NCBI RefSeq assembly: GCF_001194135.2
Contig: NC_068987.1
Coordinates: 76,662,896 to 76,726,895 of the forward strand
DNA length: 64,000 nucleotides
Direction: 5' to 3'
DNA from: Octopus bimaculoides
Lineage: Eukaryota
Both the position numbers and the translations under genes were made by a program. This document shows positions 50,990-63,309 of this stretch, one piece after another; the stretch's first letter is position 1, and every line of letters starts with the position of its first letter. The notes under the pieces are model-generated. The model was not told the DNA's origin, did no database searches, and saw nothing but the letters and a program-made list of their open reading frames with translations.

Positions 50990-52040
50990 ATTTAGTTCTC
51001 AAAATCTGAGTGTGCTCAGCTTCTGAGAACTTCTGACACTTCTTCATACAGCTGACCTCATCCATACACAACACTTGACCATACCAGTACAGTTGTCTCT
51101 CTTGCACACCACATCTGATACTTCTTATCTCCAACTTCTCTCTCAGGGTGCTTACACTCTGTCATGTATGCACACTGACATTACACATCCAGCGGAGCAT
51201 ACTAGTTTCATTTCTTGCAAGCTTACACATGTCCTCAGCAGTCACAGCCCATGTTTCACTGCCATGTAGCATGGCTGTTCACACACATGCATCATAGAGT
51301 CTACCTTTCACTCTGAGCGAGAGGCCCTTTGTTACCAGCAGCAGTAGGAGCTCTCTGAACAGTTACACTCTCAGAGCATCCAACCCTGCTACTGACTTGA
51401 TCACGGAGGTAATGGAAGCTATGAACTACTTCTAGTTTTTCCTCCTGGCATGTGACAAAAGCTGTTTTCTGCATATTTTTAGTGTTTATTGCCCCTGTAC
51501 ATTTGCCACACACAAAAAAATCTTCCCAGTTAGCTTTCCTTTGATATTGCTGCACCCCTTATGTGTCCATAGCTTACACTGAGTATATCTTAGGGAGTTT
51601 CTGCCTACGCCTTTTCTGCAGATTGAGCAGGGCCAACTACCTGAAGGGATCTGTAATTTGTCTACCTTCCTACTTACTAAGACTTTGGATTTTGCTAGAT
51701 TGACACTAAGGCCCTTCGATTCTAATTCTTGCTGTCACATCTGAAACTTCTCCTCTAATTCTGATAGTGACTCAGCTATTAGAGCAAGGTCGTCAGCATT
51801 GAGGAGCTCCCAGGGGCATGAATGCCTTTGTTATTGCCTGGAGGACTGTGATGAATAAGAGGGGGCTGAAGACTGATCCTAGGTGAACCCCCACCCAGAA
51901 TTCTTTACTATACACATTACCAACCCTCACCTTACTGACAGCATCTCTGTACATGGCTTGTACAGCTCTCACTAACTACTCATCTATCCCTAGTTTTTGC
52001 ATTGACCACCAGGCAAGGGAACAGGGGACCCTGTCAAACA
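50990..52040 (-). mobile_element. RTE-clade LINE, RT domain to near the 3' end, decayed
   Basis: KKVFDRVP, VRAVQAMYRDAVSKVRVG, GVHLGSVFSPLLFITVLQAIT, LEVVHSFHYL, KGLSLRVKGRLYDACV*TAMLHGSETWAV. Confidence 0.85.
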
Positions 52041-52079
52041 CTTTCTTCATGTCAATGTAAGTCAAGTATATTCATATGC

Positions 52080-52118
<39 letters not shown>

Positions 52119-52297
52119 CATGATGGGCTTCTTTCAGTTTCCATCTATCAAATCTACTCACAAGGCTTTGGTTGGCCCGAGGCTAGAGTAGAAGACACTT
52201 GCCCAAGGTGCCACACAGTGAGACTGAACTTGGAACCATGTGGTTGGGAAGCAAGCTTCTTACCACACAATTACATCTGCACCTATATATTTATATA

Positions 52298-52339
<42 letters not shown>

Positions 52340-52362
<23 letters not shown>

Positions 52363-52620
52363 TGTGATTGACCAGACTATTGGATGTTGTTATGCATCAC
52401 TGGTCACAATGTGCTTTGCATTGTTTCAGCTTTTGAATGACACCACCCACTGGTTACACAAGCTGGCCAACACTCCCACTTATGACTGAGTGGACTGGAC
52501 CAACATAGAATGAAGTGTTTTGCTCATGAACCCGATGTGCTCACCTGGTCTGGGAATCAAACACATGATCTGGTGATTGCAAGGGCAATACCCTGACCAC
52601 TGAGCCATGAACCTTCACAT
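52340..52620 (-). mobile_element. SINE type D
   Basis: Minus head TGGCTCAGTGGTCAGGG..GTTTGATTCCCAGACC. Confidence 0.7.
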
Positions 52621-53039
52621 TTACACATGTTGCTTTAAGATACATGGCGTAATTTATAAAAATGTCTGCTCAAGTATCATAATAGCATGAAACTATTAGG
52701 AGTTCTTTCAGTTGTGTATTTAATTTGATATGTGTGTGTCTGTGTCTGTGTATTTATGTATCTGTGTATGTATATGTACGTATGAATATGTATGAATATA
52801 CACATATGTATACATATATATGTATGTGTATGTGTTGGTGTGTGTATGTGTATATATATATATATATGTAGATATATACATATATATATATGTATGTACA
52901 TGCACACACATACATGCACACACACACACGTTAAAATTCATTCTGTTACTAGTAAAGAGTAATTCCATTAGTAAATGTTTTGTTGATATTTTGAAGCATA
53001 CTTTAAAACAGTTTAAAATCATATCCTTATTTAAGTATG

Positions 53040-53070
<31 letters not shown>

Positions 53071-53325
53071 TCATAAATACATACATATCTATGTAGGCGT
53101 ATGCATATATATGTGTATATACGTATACATGAGTGTGCTTATATACTAATATATGTGTGCATGCATGTGTATGTACATATGTTTGTACTCTTACATCCTT
53201 ATATGTAAGGAGAGAGAGAAGGAAAATGAGTTAGAGTAAAAATAATGCAACTTTCAGAAAAAGAAAGAAGGAAAAAAAATTTTAAGAATTCAAAAAAAAA
53301 ACGAAAAAGAAAAAGAGATTCTTAC

Positions 53326-53481
53326 CAAGAACAGATAAAGATATTCGCCAGGAGGAACCGATCTGTTTCATGGCATCTAAGGCATCTTCAAGTCTGTGAG
53401 AAGGCAAGTTGCTGAAATTATTGGCTCTGAAGTTGTAGAAACCGACTAGCATTCCAATAGCCATCATGGTACCAAACAACC
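53326..53481 (-). CDS. SLC35F6: SLC35F6-like coding exon
   Basis: Acceptor TTTTCTCTTTCCTTCAG|GG, donor CTTG|GTAAGA; 156 nt, phase 1-1; (G)LFGTMMAIGMLVGFYNFRANNFSNLPSHRLEDALDAMKQIGSSWRISLSVLG resembles the recalled SLC35F6 segment GLFGFVIL..GTLEDALDAFCQVG..ALLG. Confidence 0.85.
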
Positions 53482-53924
53482 CTGAAGGAAAGAGAAAATA
53501 TATATATGTGTGTATATATGTATATCATCATCATCATTACACACACACACATATATATATACACACATACACATATACATACATACACACAGATATATGT
53601 ATATGTAAATATATGTATGTGTAAGTATATGTCTGTATATATACGCACCTGTGTATGCATGAGTGTGTATTCAGGTATGTACTAAATCAATAATATAGAA
53701 CATAGAAATGACATCACAGAGGCATTGATTAATAGAAAATGGAGAGGGATAGGTGGAGGTGGTCACGATAGAGAGGGTAGTGATAGGACTGCTGCTATAA
53801 TTGTTACAATTATTCAAAAAGTGCTTTTTTTTTTCCTTTTAATACATTGTGGAGATTTTACTGGGATTTTTCAACTACTTTTAGGACATCAAACGATCAT
53901 GTAGAGGTTCCATTATTAGCTGAA

Positions 53925-54140
53925 ATTAAGGTGGCAAGCTGGTAGAATCGTTAGCACAGTGGATGAAATGCTTAGTGGTATTTCACCTGTCGCTACATTC
54001 TGAGTTCAAATTCCACCAAGGTTGACATCCTTTTGGAGGTTGAAAAAATTAAGTACCAGTGAAACACTGGGGTCGATGTAATCAACTTACCCCCTCCCCC
54101 AAAATTTCAGGCTTTATGTCTGTAGTAGAAAGGATTATTA
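53925..54140 (+). mobile_element. SINE type C
   Basis: AAGGTGGCAAGCTGGTAGAA..GAGTTCAAATTCC..AATTAAGTACCAG. Confidence 0.8.
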
Positions 54141-54427
54141 GCTGAAATCTTTTTCATTGTTGTTGTTGTTATTGCATAGACCCAATTAAACACTGATAAA
54201 CCAGATGTCATTAAAGGCAGTCCAGTTGTAACTTTCTTGTCTTAATACCTATTGAGGCTAATATTTTCTGTAACTCAGTGGTTGAAGACCGGCAGTTACA
54301 GGGGTTGAAGATCAGTGAAATAAAAAAAAAAAATTCTTCTCTGGAAAACAGGGGTTGGTAATAAGAAGGACATCCAACTGTAGAATATCAGGTTTTGGTG
54401 GATGTTGCTGTTTAATATTATTTCACC

Positions 54428-54660
54428 ACTAAGGTGGCAAGCTGGCAGAAACGTTAGCATGCCGGGCGAAATGCTTAACAGTATTTCATCTGTCTTTACT
54501 TTCTGAGTTCAAATTCCACCGAAGTTGACTTTGCCATTCATCCTTTCATGGTCAATAAATTAAGTACCAGTTGCGTACTGAGGTCGATTTAATCGACTGC
54601 CCCCCCCCCCCAAAAAAAAATAATAATTTCGGGCCTTGTGCCTAGAGTAGAAAAGAATAT
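54428..54660 (+). mobile_element. SINE type C
   Basis: CTAAGGTGGCAAGCTGGCAGAA..GGGCCTTGTGCCTAGAGTAGAAAAG. Confidence 0.8.
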
Positions 54661-55519
54661 TATTTCACCACTAACGGACAGAACTATCACCAAAGATGTT
54701 CTGGCTGTGACCTCTCCAATTTTAATACATGCTAGTGGTGCCCCAACATGGCCACAGCCTTAGGGTTGAAATGAATAAAAGAATATACCTGGGACTACAC
54801 TGTCTAATGTGTCCTTCATTTTTAAGATTATAGGGTGTGGTAATTTCTAGCAGATTGAGCAGTTATCTAGAAATTCTATCATTAGCTTGTTTCTGATGGT
54901 CTCTTTTGTTAACACCAGGCAGAGAGTCCAGACATCCTAGTTTTCTGGGATTCATCCTAGTTTTCAAACAACAGTCCCAGCATCCCAAAAGATTACATCA
55001 AGATAGTCATTTGTCCCAGTTTTGTATTCATATTTTCATTTCAAAAATAATTTTTCCGATTTATTTTTATGAAAGTGTTTTTAAAAAGTTTTTGCACACT
55101 ACAAATCTTTCACTTTTGAGAATGTACAGCTTCATTTTAAAATTTGTTTAATCACTTTCTGTTAAAGTATAAACTCATGTGTTTTGAAAATATTCACTTC
55201 ACCTTAGTTTTTATTATGCCTACAGAGGGCTGGAATTTGAACATAGCGAGGTTGGGTTCCAGTAGCGTAATTAGGGGGTGGGGTAAGGGGGCACGTGCCC
55301 TAGGCGNNNNNNNNNNGTGAGTGGATTTGGTAGACAGAAGCTTAAAGACGCCCGTCGTATATATAATCAAGGAAGATGGTGCATTAAATTGTTAAGATAA
55401 GGAGGTTTCATAAAAATAAACATTCAAATGATATATTTTGAATTACGGGCTGTAGCGAACCGGCAGGTAAACGAACCCAGGTAAAGTAGTTATTCCTAAA
55501 ATATTGCTTTAAAACATTA

Positions 55520-55723
55520 CTCATTTACTTGTTTCAGTCATTTCACTGTGGCCATGCTGGAGCACCTCCTTTAGTCGAGCTAATCGACCCCAGGGCTTAT
55601 TCTTTGTAAGCCTAGTACTTATTCTATCAGTCTCTTTTGCCAAACCACTAAGTAACGGGGACATAAACACACCAGCATTGGTTGTCAAGTGATCATGGGG
55701 GACAAATACAGACACACAAACAT

Positions 55724-55766
<43 letters not shown>

Positions 55767-56620
55767 NNNNNNNNNNNNNNNNNNNNNNNNNNNNNNNNNN
55801 NNNNNNNNNNNNNNNNNNNNNNNNNNNNNNNNNNNNNNNNNNNNNNNNNNNNNNNNNNNNNNNNNNNNNNNNNNNNNNNNNNNNNNNNNNNNNNNNNNNN
55901 NNNNNNNNNNNNNNNNNNNNNNNNNNNNNNNNNNNNNNNNNNNNNNNNNNNNNNNNNNNNNNNNNNNNNNNNNNNNNNNNNNNNNNNNNNNNNNNNNNNN
56001 NNNNNNNNNNNNNNNNNNNNNNNNNNNNNNNNNNNNNNNNNNNNNNNNNNNNNNNNNNNNNNNNNNNNNNNNNNNNNNNNNNNNNNNNNNNNNNNNNNNN
56101 NNNNNNNNNNNNNNNNNNNNNNNNNNNNNNNNNNNNNNNNNNNNNNNNNNNNNNNNNNNNNNNNNTCTGTCTACCAAATCCACTCACAAGGCTTTGGTCG
56201 GCCTGAGGCTATAGTAGAAGATACTTGCCTAAGGTGCCACGCAGTGGGACTGAACCCGGAACCATGTGGTTCATGAGCAAGCTACTTTATTTCATAAATA
56301 TTTGCCATAAAGGCATTACAAAGAGGGGACGAACAAGGACAGACAAACATTAAAGGGGTGAAGTAGCTGTATCAATTAAATATTTACAATTTTAAATGTA
56401 CAATAATAATTTCATTATATTTACAATGTTCGCTTAAAGCATTGCTCATTACAGATGCAATTTGTAATGGCTTTCCTGAAGGATAGGCGTCCGACCACCA
56501 GAGTAGACCCCTTGCTTTTTCTTTTCCTTGTTTTTGGCTTCCACTTACCTGGTGCCAAACACTCCCAGCTTCCTCGCCACGGGGAGGAAGCTACTTACCA
56601 CACAACCACTCCTATGCCTT
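55520..56620 (-). mobile_element. SINE type A with a gap in the central (TA)n and an insertion in the head
   Basis: Head resumes at 56597 ACCACACAACCACTCCTATGCC. Confidence 0.8.
56288..56587 (-). mobile_element. 300-bp 5'-truncated non-LTR 3'-end-like insertion with 9-bp TSD
   Basis: AAGCTACTT at 56279-56287 and 56588-56596. Confidence 0.8.
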
Positions 56621-58689
56621 AATTACTTAATTACATTAATTACTTGTAACAAATAAGTACTATATAATATTGTGGATTTTGTAATTGGGGTGCATTTTTG
56701 CAGCTTGCCCCGGGCGTGGTTTACCGTAACTATGCCAAAAATGAATTTGCCCAGTCAGCAACCTGCAATTTCAGCTGAGTTGTACCTTGATGATATTCAT
56801 CAATCAATAAATCGTATTTGCCAATTATTTAGTGAATTTTTGTGCTGTTATAAATAATGACTATTCCTTTGTTGCCAGAGAATTCAATTAAATGAATTTA
56901 ATGAAACAAATACAGCCTCTTGCTTGTCTAGCAAACTTTGTCATTCAGCTGCTATTTCTTGCCTGCTAACATTGCAACATCAACTTTACATTTCATGTAG
57001 CCACATTGACTTCGGGTTCAATCCCACTACATGGCACCAGTGGTTCAAAATCTTGTGAGTGTATTTCATAGCTGAAAACATGTGGAAGTTACTCTTTCAG
57101 CACGCACACACATGTAGTATAAAATTAATGTGGGTAGCTAGGCACAATATAAACCATATAGGCAAAATTTATTCATCTCTAATTGTAACTGTATGTGCTA
57201 GAAGCACACATATTGCTAGAAATAAGAGTTAAACCACTCACAGCTGCATAAAAGCACATTTACATATATACTGACAGGGTATAGATAACTGCCCCATGAG
57301 TGAAGCAAAACTAGAACATTGGAAGGTACAGTTTCATCCTGATGGGAATTGTCAACAGTGTGCCTCATATCAGAGATATTGGTATCCAAAAGACCCAAGA
57401 TGGCAGGTAAGGCCATGTATGTGCTATGGGAGGACTGTAGTTAGACTCTCGGTTTGATAATAATTTGAGTGAGGAGTCTAATGCGAGTCGTGTGTAAGCA
57501 TGTATATGTTAAATAAAATGAAACAACAAAGCCAAGGCTGAGTGGAAATTATGAAACATTTATAAAGACTCCTTTCCTGTCACCAACTTTTTAACTGTCT
57601 CTAAGCAAAGTGATATTTCCCAATGACAAGAGATATGCCAGAAGACTGGAAATGAAGGGTATCATCTGTATGATAGTGACACTCACAACTACCATGCAAT
57701 ATCAAGACAGGGAGACAATGACACACACATACACATTCATACTCACTTAGATACACACACACATATACACAAACATTCACACATTTAATACACGCATAAT
57801 TATGATGCGTTTTCCTTCAGTTTCTATCTACCAAATTCACTCAAAGGCTTTGGTCAGCCCAGGGCTATTGCAGAAGACACTTGCCCAAAGTTCCACTCAG
57901 TGGGACAGAACTCAAAACCATGTGATTGGGAAGCAAACTTTTTAACACACGGCCATGTTTCTAACTATATTTCTTCTTAAAAAACAATTTCACTAACTTC
58001 CAGTTGAACATTTATCTTCAAAGTCACAGAATTATTATTTTTTTTTTTGAAAAAAAAAGTGGGGGTTCCTTAGAACATGATCAAATAACTATCTCTGGGT
58101 TAAGAAAAGCCTATCATGTAACAAAATATTATTGAAGCTTAAGAAATACTGATTATACATCAAAGTTATTCACTGAAGTCTTTCCAGATTCACAACTGGT
58201 GAAAAAAAAAGTTTTCTAGTACAACAACAAAATCTATTTCCCTTATGAAAATGTTATTTCACCTTTCACAACCAATATATATATTTAAAAGATTTGGAAA
58301 ATAGTAGTTTTTATGGAATTTCAAAAGATTCTAGCAATCAGAATACAGTAAAATATTTTTCTTTATTAATGCATTTTCTTTTTTTTATACTGGAAAAAGA
58401 AATAAAGTAAGAAAAGCTTTTAACATTGAATACTTTGCTAAATAAAATTGTAGTTACTACTTAAAGAAATGCTTGGACAATAATAAAATGTCTAAAGAAA
58501 AATGTGTACGATTTGGAGCAAACAATTCCAGTGATTAGCTGTGATTTCTTTTGGGGCTTTTTTGCTGTATTTCTATACATTGTGATCTCAACCATATTAA
58601 TTCTTGTTTGTTTTTTTCAATAAATGATTTAGTAAACTAGATTGTCAATAATTCTTATTCTCATACATAAAACATATACAAGATATCTG

Positions 58690-59085
58690 TAGGTGCTGGA
58701 GTGGCTGTATGGTTAAGAAGCTTGCTTTGCAACCACGTGGTTTCAGGTTCAGTCCCACTGCAGGGCATCTGTGCTGGTGAAACATAAAAAGGACTGTAAG
58801 AACATGGTCGATGTCAGTGTCGCTTGACTGGCCCCATGCCAGTGGCAAGTAAAAAGCACTATTTGAGCATGGTGGTTGCCAGTGCTGCCTTACTGGCCCT
58901 CCTGCTGGTGGCACGTAAAAAGCACCACTACACTCTTGGAGTGGTTGGCATTAGGAAGGGCATCCAGCTGTAGGAACCTTACCAGATCAGGTTGGAGCCT
59001 GGTGCAGCCTTCTGGCTTGCCAGTCCTCAGTCAAATTATTCAACCCATGCCAGCATGGAAAGCGGACGTTAAACGATGTTGTTGA
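58690..59085 (+). mobile_element. Composite SINE: type A tRNA-like head plus type B body
   Basis: TAGGTGCTGGAGTGGCTGTATGG..GGTTCAGTCCC followed by the B body ending GGACGTTAAACGATG. Confidence 0.75.
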
Positions 59086-59096
59086 TATAGATATAT

Positions 59097-59296
59097 CATC
59101 ATCATCATTTAACATCTGCTTTCCATGCTAGCATGGGTTGGACAATTTGACTGGGGACTGGCGAACCAAATGGCTACACCAGACTCCAATCTGATCTGGC
59201 AGAGTTTCTACAGCTGGATGCTCTTCCTAATGCCAACTACTCTGATAGCGTAGTGGGTGATTTTTACATACCACCAGCACGAGGGCCAGTCCAGCG

Positions 59297-59300
<4 letters not shown>
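59097..59300 (-). mobile_element. SINE type B, inverted tail-to-tail with the preceding copy
   Basis: (ATC)n TTTAACATCTGCTTTCCATGCTAGC..GAGGGCCAGT. Confidence 0.8.
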
Positions 59301-59362
<62 letters not shown>

Positions 59363-60075
59363 ATGCATATATATATATATGTATGCTTGTGTGTGTGACA
59401 GACATTGTCCTTCTAGTTTTCATCTACCAAATCCACACACAAGGCCCAAAGCTATAGTAGAATATACTTGCCCAAGGTGTCCACATAGTGGGACTGAACA
59501 CGGAACCGTGTAGTTGGGAAACAAATGTCTTATTACATATCTATACCTTCAGTAAACATTACCAATGTATATACATCTTATCCCCTTCTATTAACAAAAA
59601 CATAACAAACAAAAATCCCACCCCGTATCCTACAGACACAACAGAATTTGAACTCAGAGATGAAATACAGAGAGGAATAACACCAAAATCCTGCAAGGCA
59701 TTTAATCTCCCTTACATTGTATTGTTTCTGGTACTTCATTCCTCACCATAATTTATCAATATGGAAATATGAACACAATACAATGATAATCCAATAACAA
59801 ATGTACAGCAATAGTGGGAAAGTCTAGCATGAACATCAAACATTGATAACATTTAGTGTGGTCCGATGTTACTCTAGCCTGTGGCAGTTACCAATTTATT
59901 AATTCTTAATGACATCTGCTTGTACATTGCAATGATTGTGGTATGGTGCTATGACAATATATAGCATCTCTCAGTTATCTCTCTTTTTTCTTTCTCACTT
60001 ACTCACAATATATATATGCATATATATATCTTGATACATGTATACATAAATATATGTGTGTCTGTACACATATAC

Positions 60076-60140
<65 letters not shown>

Positions 60141-60287
60141 CACAAACACACATATATACATACACACACATATACATATACATACATGTATATGTATACA
60201 TACATATACAGATCTATATACCTATCTATCTATCTATCTATATATATATACACATACATATCTATATGTATATATATTTATATATAT

Positions 60288-60337
<50 letters not shown>

Positions 60338-60929
60338 GTTATTCTTCATACACACATGTGTAAGCACACACAGAGAAATACATACAAACATGCACACAGC
60401 ACTTATACATGCCTAGGGTCACATACATACACACGTATAGACTAATGTTTATATTCATATTCAGACATATACACAGAAATAGAAATATGTGTGTGTATAT
60501 ATGTGTGTGTGTGTGTGTATAAGCACGCATATCCCCCTCATAAACACACACACACATATTAAATTTTCCTCTAAGTTTAAGAGGAAGAAAGTATTCTTCC
60601 CTTTGGCAGTTTCCAGCTTTACAGAATAATGAAATAAAAAGAAGAAAAAAAGAAAGAAAGAGAAACAGAAGTAGGAATATGAAGCAGAAATTTGTCTTGC
60701 AAGTAAGTTTAGTAACTAAATAATGATCCTATGTCCTTCAGTGAAGTCAAGTCAAATAGTCACCAAAAAGATTAGAATAAAATTGGTTTTACACTAACTA
60801 ATAGCTAAGCTTTACTCCAATTTAATGAATTGCTTCTTGGTGTTTGAATATCTCACAGCTGCCACATTGCTTTATTGTCATGATTTCATCGAGAGAGAAT
60901 CTCTCTTGTTTTTCACAGTAGAATAATAG

Positions 60930-61460
60930 GTTGTTCTCTCTCTGCCTCTTCTTTCTTTTTTTTTTTCTGCTCCTCATTCTTGACTTCTTTCTCCATCTTC
61001 TTCATTCTTCTTCTTCTTCTTCTTCTTTGTCTCCTTCTTCTCCTTCTTTCTGCTTCTCCTCCTCCTTCACCTCCTCTTTTTCATCTTCCTCTTTCCTCCT
61101 TCTCCTCCTCCTCTTTCTTCTTCTTCTTCTTCTTCATTTTCTTCTCCTCCTCCTCTTCTTTCTTCTTCATTTTCTTCTCCTCTTGCTCCCCTTCTTCCTC
61201 TACCTTTTCCTTCTCCTTCTCCTCTTTCCTCTTCCTCTTCATTTTCTTCTCTTGCTTCCCTCTTCCTCTACCTTTTCCTTCTCCTCCTTCCTCTTCATTT
61301 TCCCCTCCTCTTCCTCCCTTCTCCATCTACCTTTTTCTTCATCTTCTCACTCCACTTCCTCTTCTCCCTCTTCATTTCTTCTCCTTTTTTGCTTCTTCTC
61401 CTTTTTCTTCTTCTTCTTCTTCTTCTCTTTCTTCTCTCAGCAGAAGTTCTTTCCTCCTTG
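60930..61460. repeat. ~530-bp (CTT/CCT)n polypyrimidine tract
   Basis: Almost purine-free on the plus strand; similar shorter tract at 50540-50835. Confidence 0.9.
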
Positions 61461-62129
61461 CAACAATCTCCTATCCATCCAGGAAGTTTCACAAATTTAT
61501 GAGAGCAATAATAAGATTCTGTGATATTCATGGTTCTTCACTTCAACATACATTACACATACCTGGCTGTCACATCACTTCCATGACGATTTCTTTTTAG
61601 TCAGTTCTTCCATTCTAATAACATTTTTCTTGTTTATCTAATGCAGGAAGGTTCGCAATTTTCTTTTGCATTTTTTCTTTTTTTTTTTTTTGTGGTTTCA
61701 AGCAAAGCAGTCATGCAAATGTGAGGTACTCATGATTTCTATGTACCACCTGCTGAAGATTTTCAAAGAATGAAATAAAGTAAAAGTAGAAAAGAATAGC
61801 AGAAGTTAAATTGAATCTTTATGCAATTTTTTTTTATTCGTAATTCTTGGTTTTCAGTTACCGACAATGTGATTGGTATAAGACATTTCAAAGACTTAAG
61901 TTCTGTATTGTTCCAGTGGTATTGCTAATAGGTCAATGTAGCTATTAAAAAACATTGTTCTTTTGCCACTACAGAACTTTATATTTTGGGCCTCCTCACC
62001 ACACGTTTTTTTATTTCTTTGCTTTTCCTTGACGAAGGTAAAACTGTCCAAAATATAGAACACATTTTAATTACTTTCTTCCTTATGGCACTAAATTATT
62101 ACTATATACTGTATATATATATATGTGAT

Positions 62130-62350
62130 GACACATGGCCTGGTGGTTAAGGTGTTGCACTCACAATCTAACAATTATGATTTCAATTCCTTGACCAGGT
62201 GGTGCATTGTGTTCTTGAGCTAAACACTTCACATCACGTTGTTCTCTGATCAATTCAATACTTGACACAAGGTATCTGTTCAAACAACGCCGATTTGATG
62301 GAGAAAGTGAACTAAAGTGTGACACAAACATTTAATCATTATAAACAAAT
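62130..62350 (+). mobile_element. SINE type D variant
   Basis: TGGCCTGGTGGTTAAGG..TTTCAATTCC..TGTGTTCTTGAGCTAAACACTT. Confidence 0.65.
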
Positions 62351-62394
62351 CATTTATGCAGATCATATATTTCTATATATACTCTTTACTCTCT

Positions 62395-62830
62395 CTCTCT
62401 TTTACTTGTTTCAGTCATTTGACTGTGGCCATGCTGGAGCACCGCCTTTAGTCGAGCAAATTGACCTCNNNNNNNNNNTGGAGCACCGCCTTTAGTCGAG
62501 CAAATTGACCTCAGGACTTATTCTTTGTAAGCCTAATACTTAGTCTATCGGTCTCTTTTGCCGAACCGCTAAGTGACGGCAACATAAGTACACCAGCATC
62601 GGTTGTCAAGCAATGCTGGGGACAAACACAGACACACAAACACACACATATATATATACATATATACGACGGGCTTCTTTCAGTTTCCATCTACCAAATC
62701 CACTCACAAAGCTTTGGTCGGCCCGAGGCTATAGTAGAAGATATTTGCCCAAGATGCCACGCAGTGGGACTGAACCCGGAACCATGTGGTTGGTAAGCAA
62801 GCTACTTACCACACAGCCACTCCTATGCCT
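62395..62830 (-). mobile_element. SINE type A, full length
   Basis: Colinear with the 7536 copy. Confidence 0.85.
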
Positions 62831-62856
62831 ATATATATATACATATATGTATATAT

Positions 62857-63078
62857 AAATTATAATACAGGGTATCCAAGAGATACCGNNNNNNNNNNNN
62901 NNNNNNNNNNNNNNNNNNNNNNNNNNNNNNNNNNNNNNNNNNNNNNNNNNTTTACTGGTTTATTTTGTCTTCGGCTTCGCTCCTTGTGCTATGTGAACAT
63001 TTATTGTGGTTTAGAGTCAGGATTTGACTGCTATTTTTCAGCGTGGCGGTATCTCTTAGATACCCTGTATTATAATTT
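62857..63078. mobile_element. MITE with 32-bp TIRs
   Basis: 62857-62888 AAATTATAATACAGGGTATCCAAGAGATACCG vs the reverse complement of 63047-63078, one mismatch. Confidence 0.8.
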
Positions 63079-63164
63079 TAAATAATTATTACCTTTGATG
63101 GTTTTTATTCCCATGCTGGCCACTTGATAAAATCAATATTTTAAATATCGATCTTATCCTTATT

Positions 63165-63195
<31 letters not shown>

Positions 63196-63309
63196 TTTAG
63201 TTTCAGTCCAAGGACCTCAGCCATGCTGGGGCACCACCGTTTACATTGCTTCACTTTCACTAAACCCCCTCAGATGTGTAACATTCAGTGGATGAAGGAG
63301 TTTGATGCT

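Noticed and set aside
59540-59585. Minus-strand ACTGAAG|GTATAG as the upstream SLC35F6-like exon donor
   Set aside because: Frame closes after ~10 codons, no acceptor and no similarity to the expected EEKF..AVGxEG segment
62437-62512. Direct repeat of 34 bp across a 10-N gap
   Set aside because: Exact overlap of contig ends inside one SINE; assembly artefact
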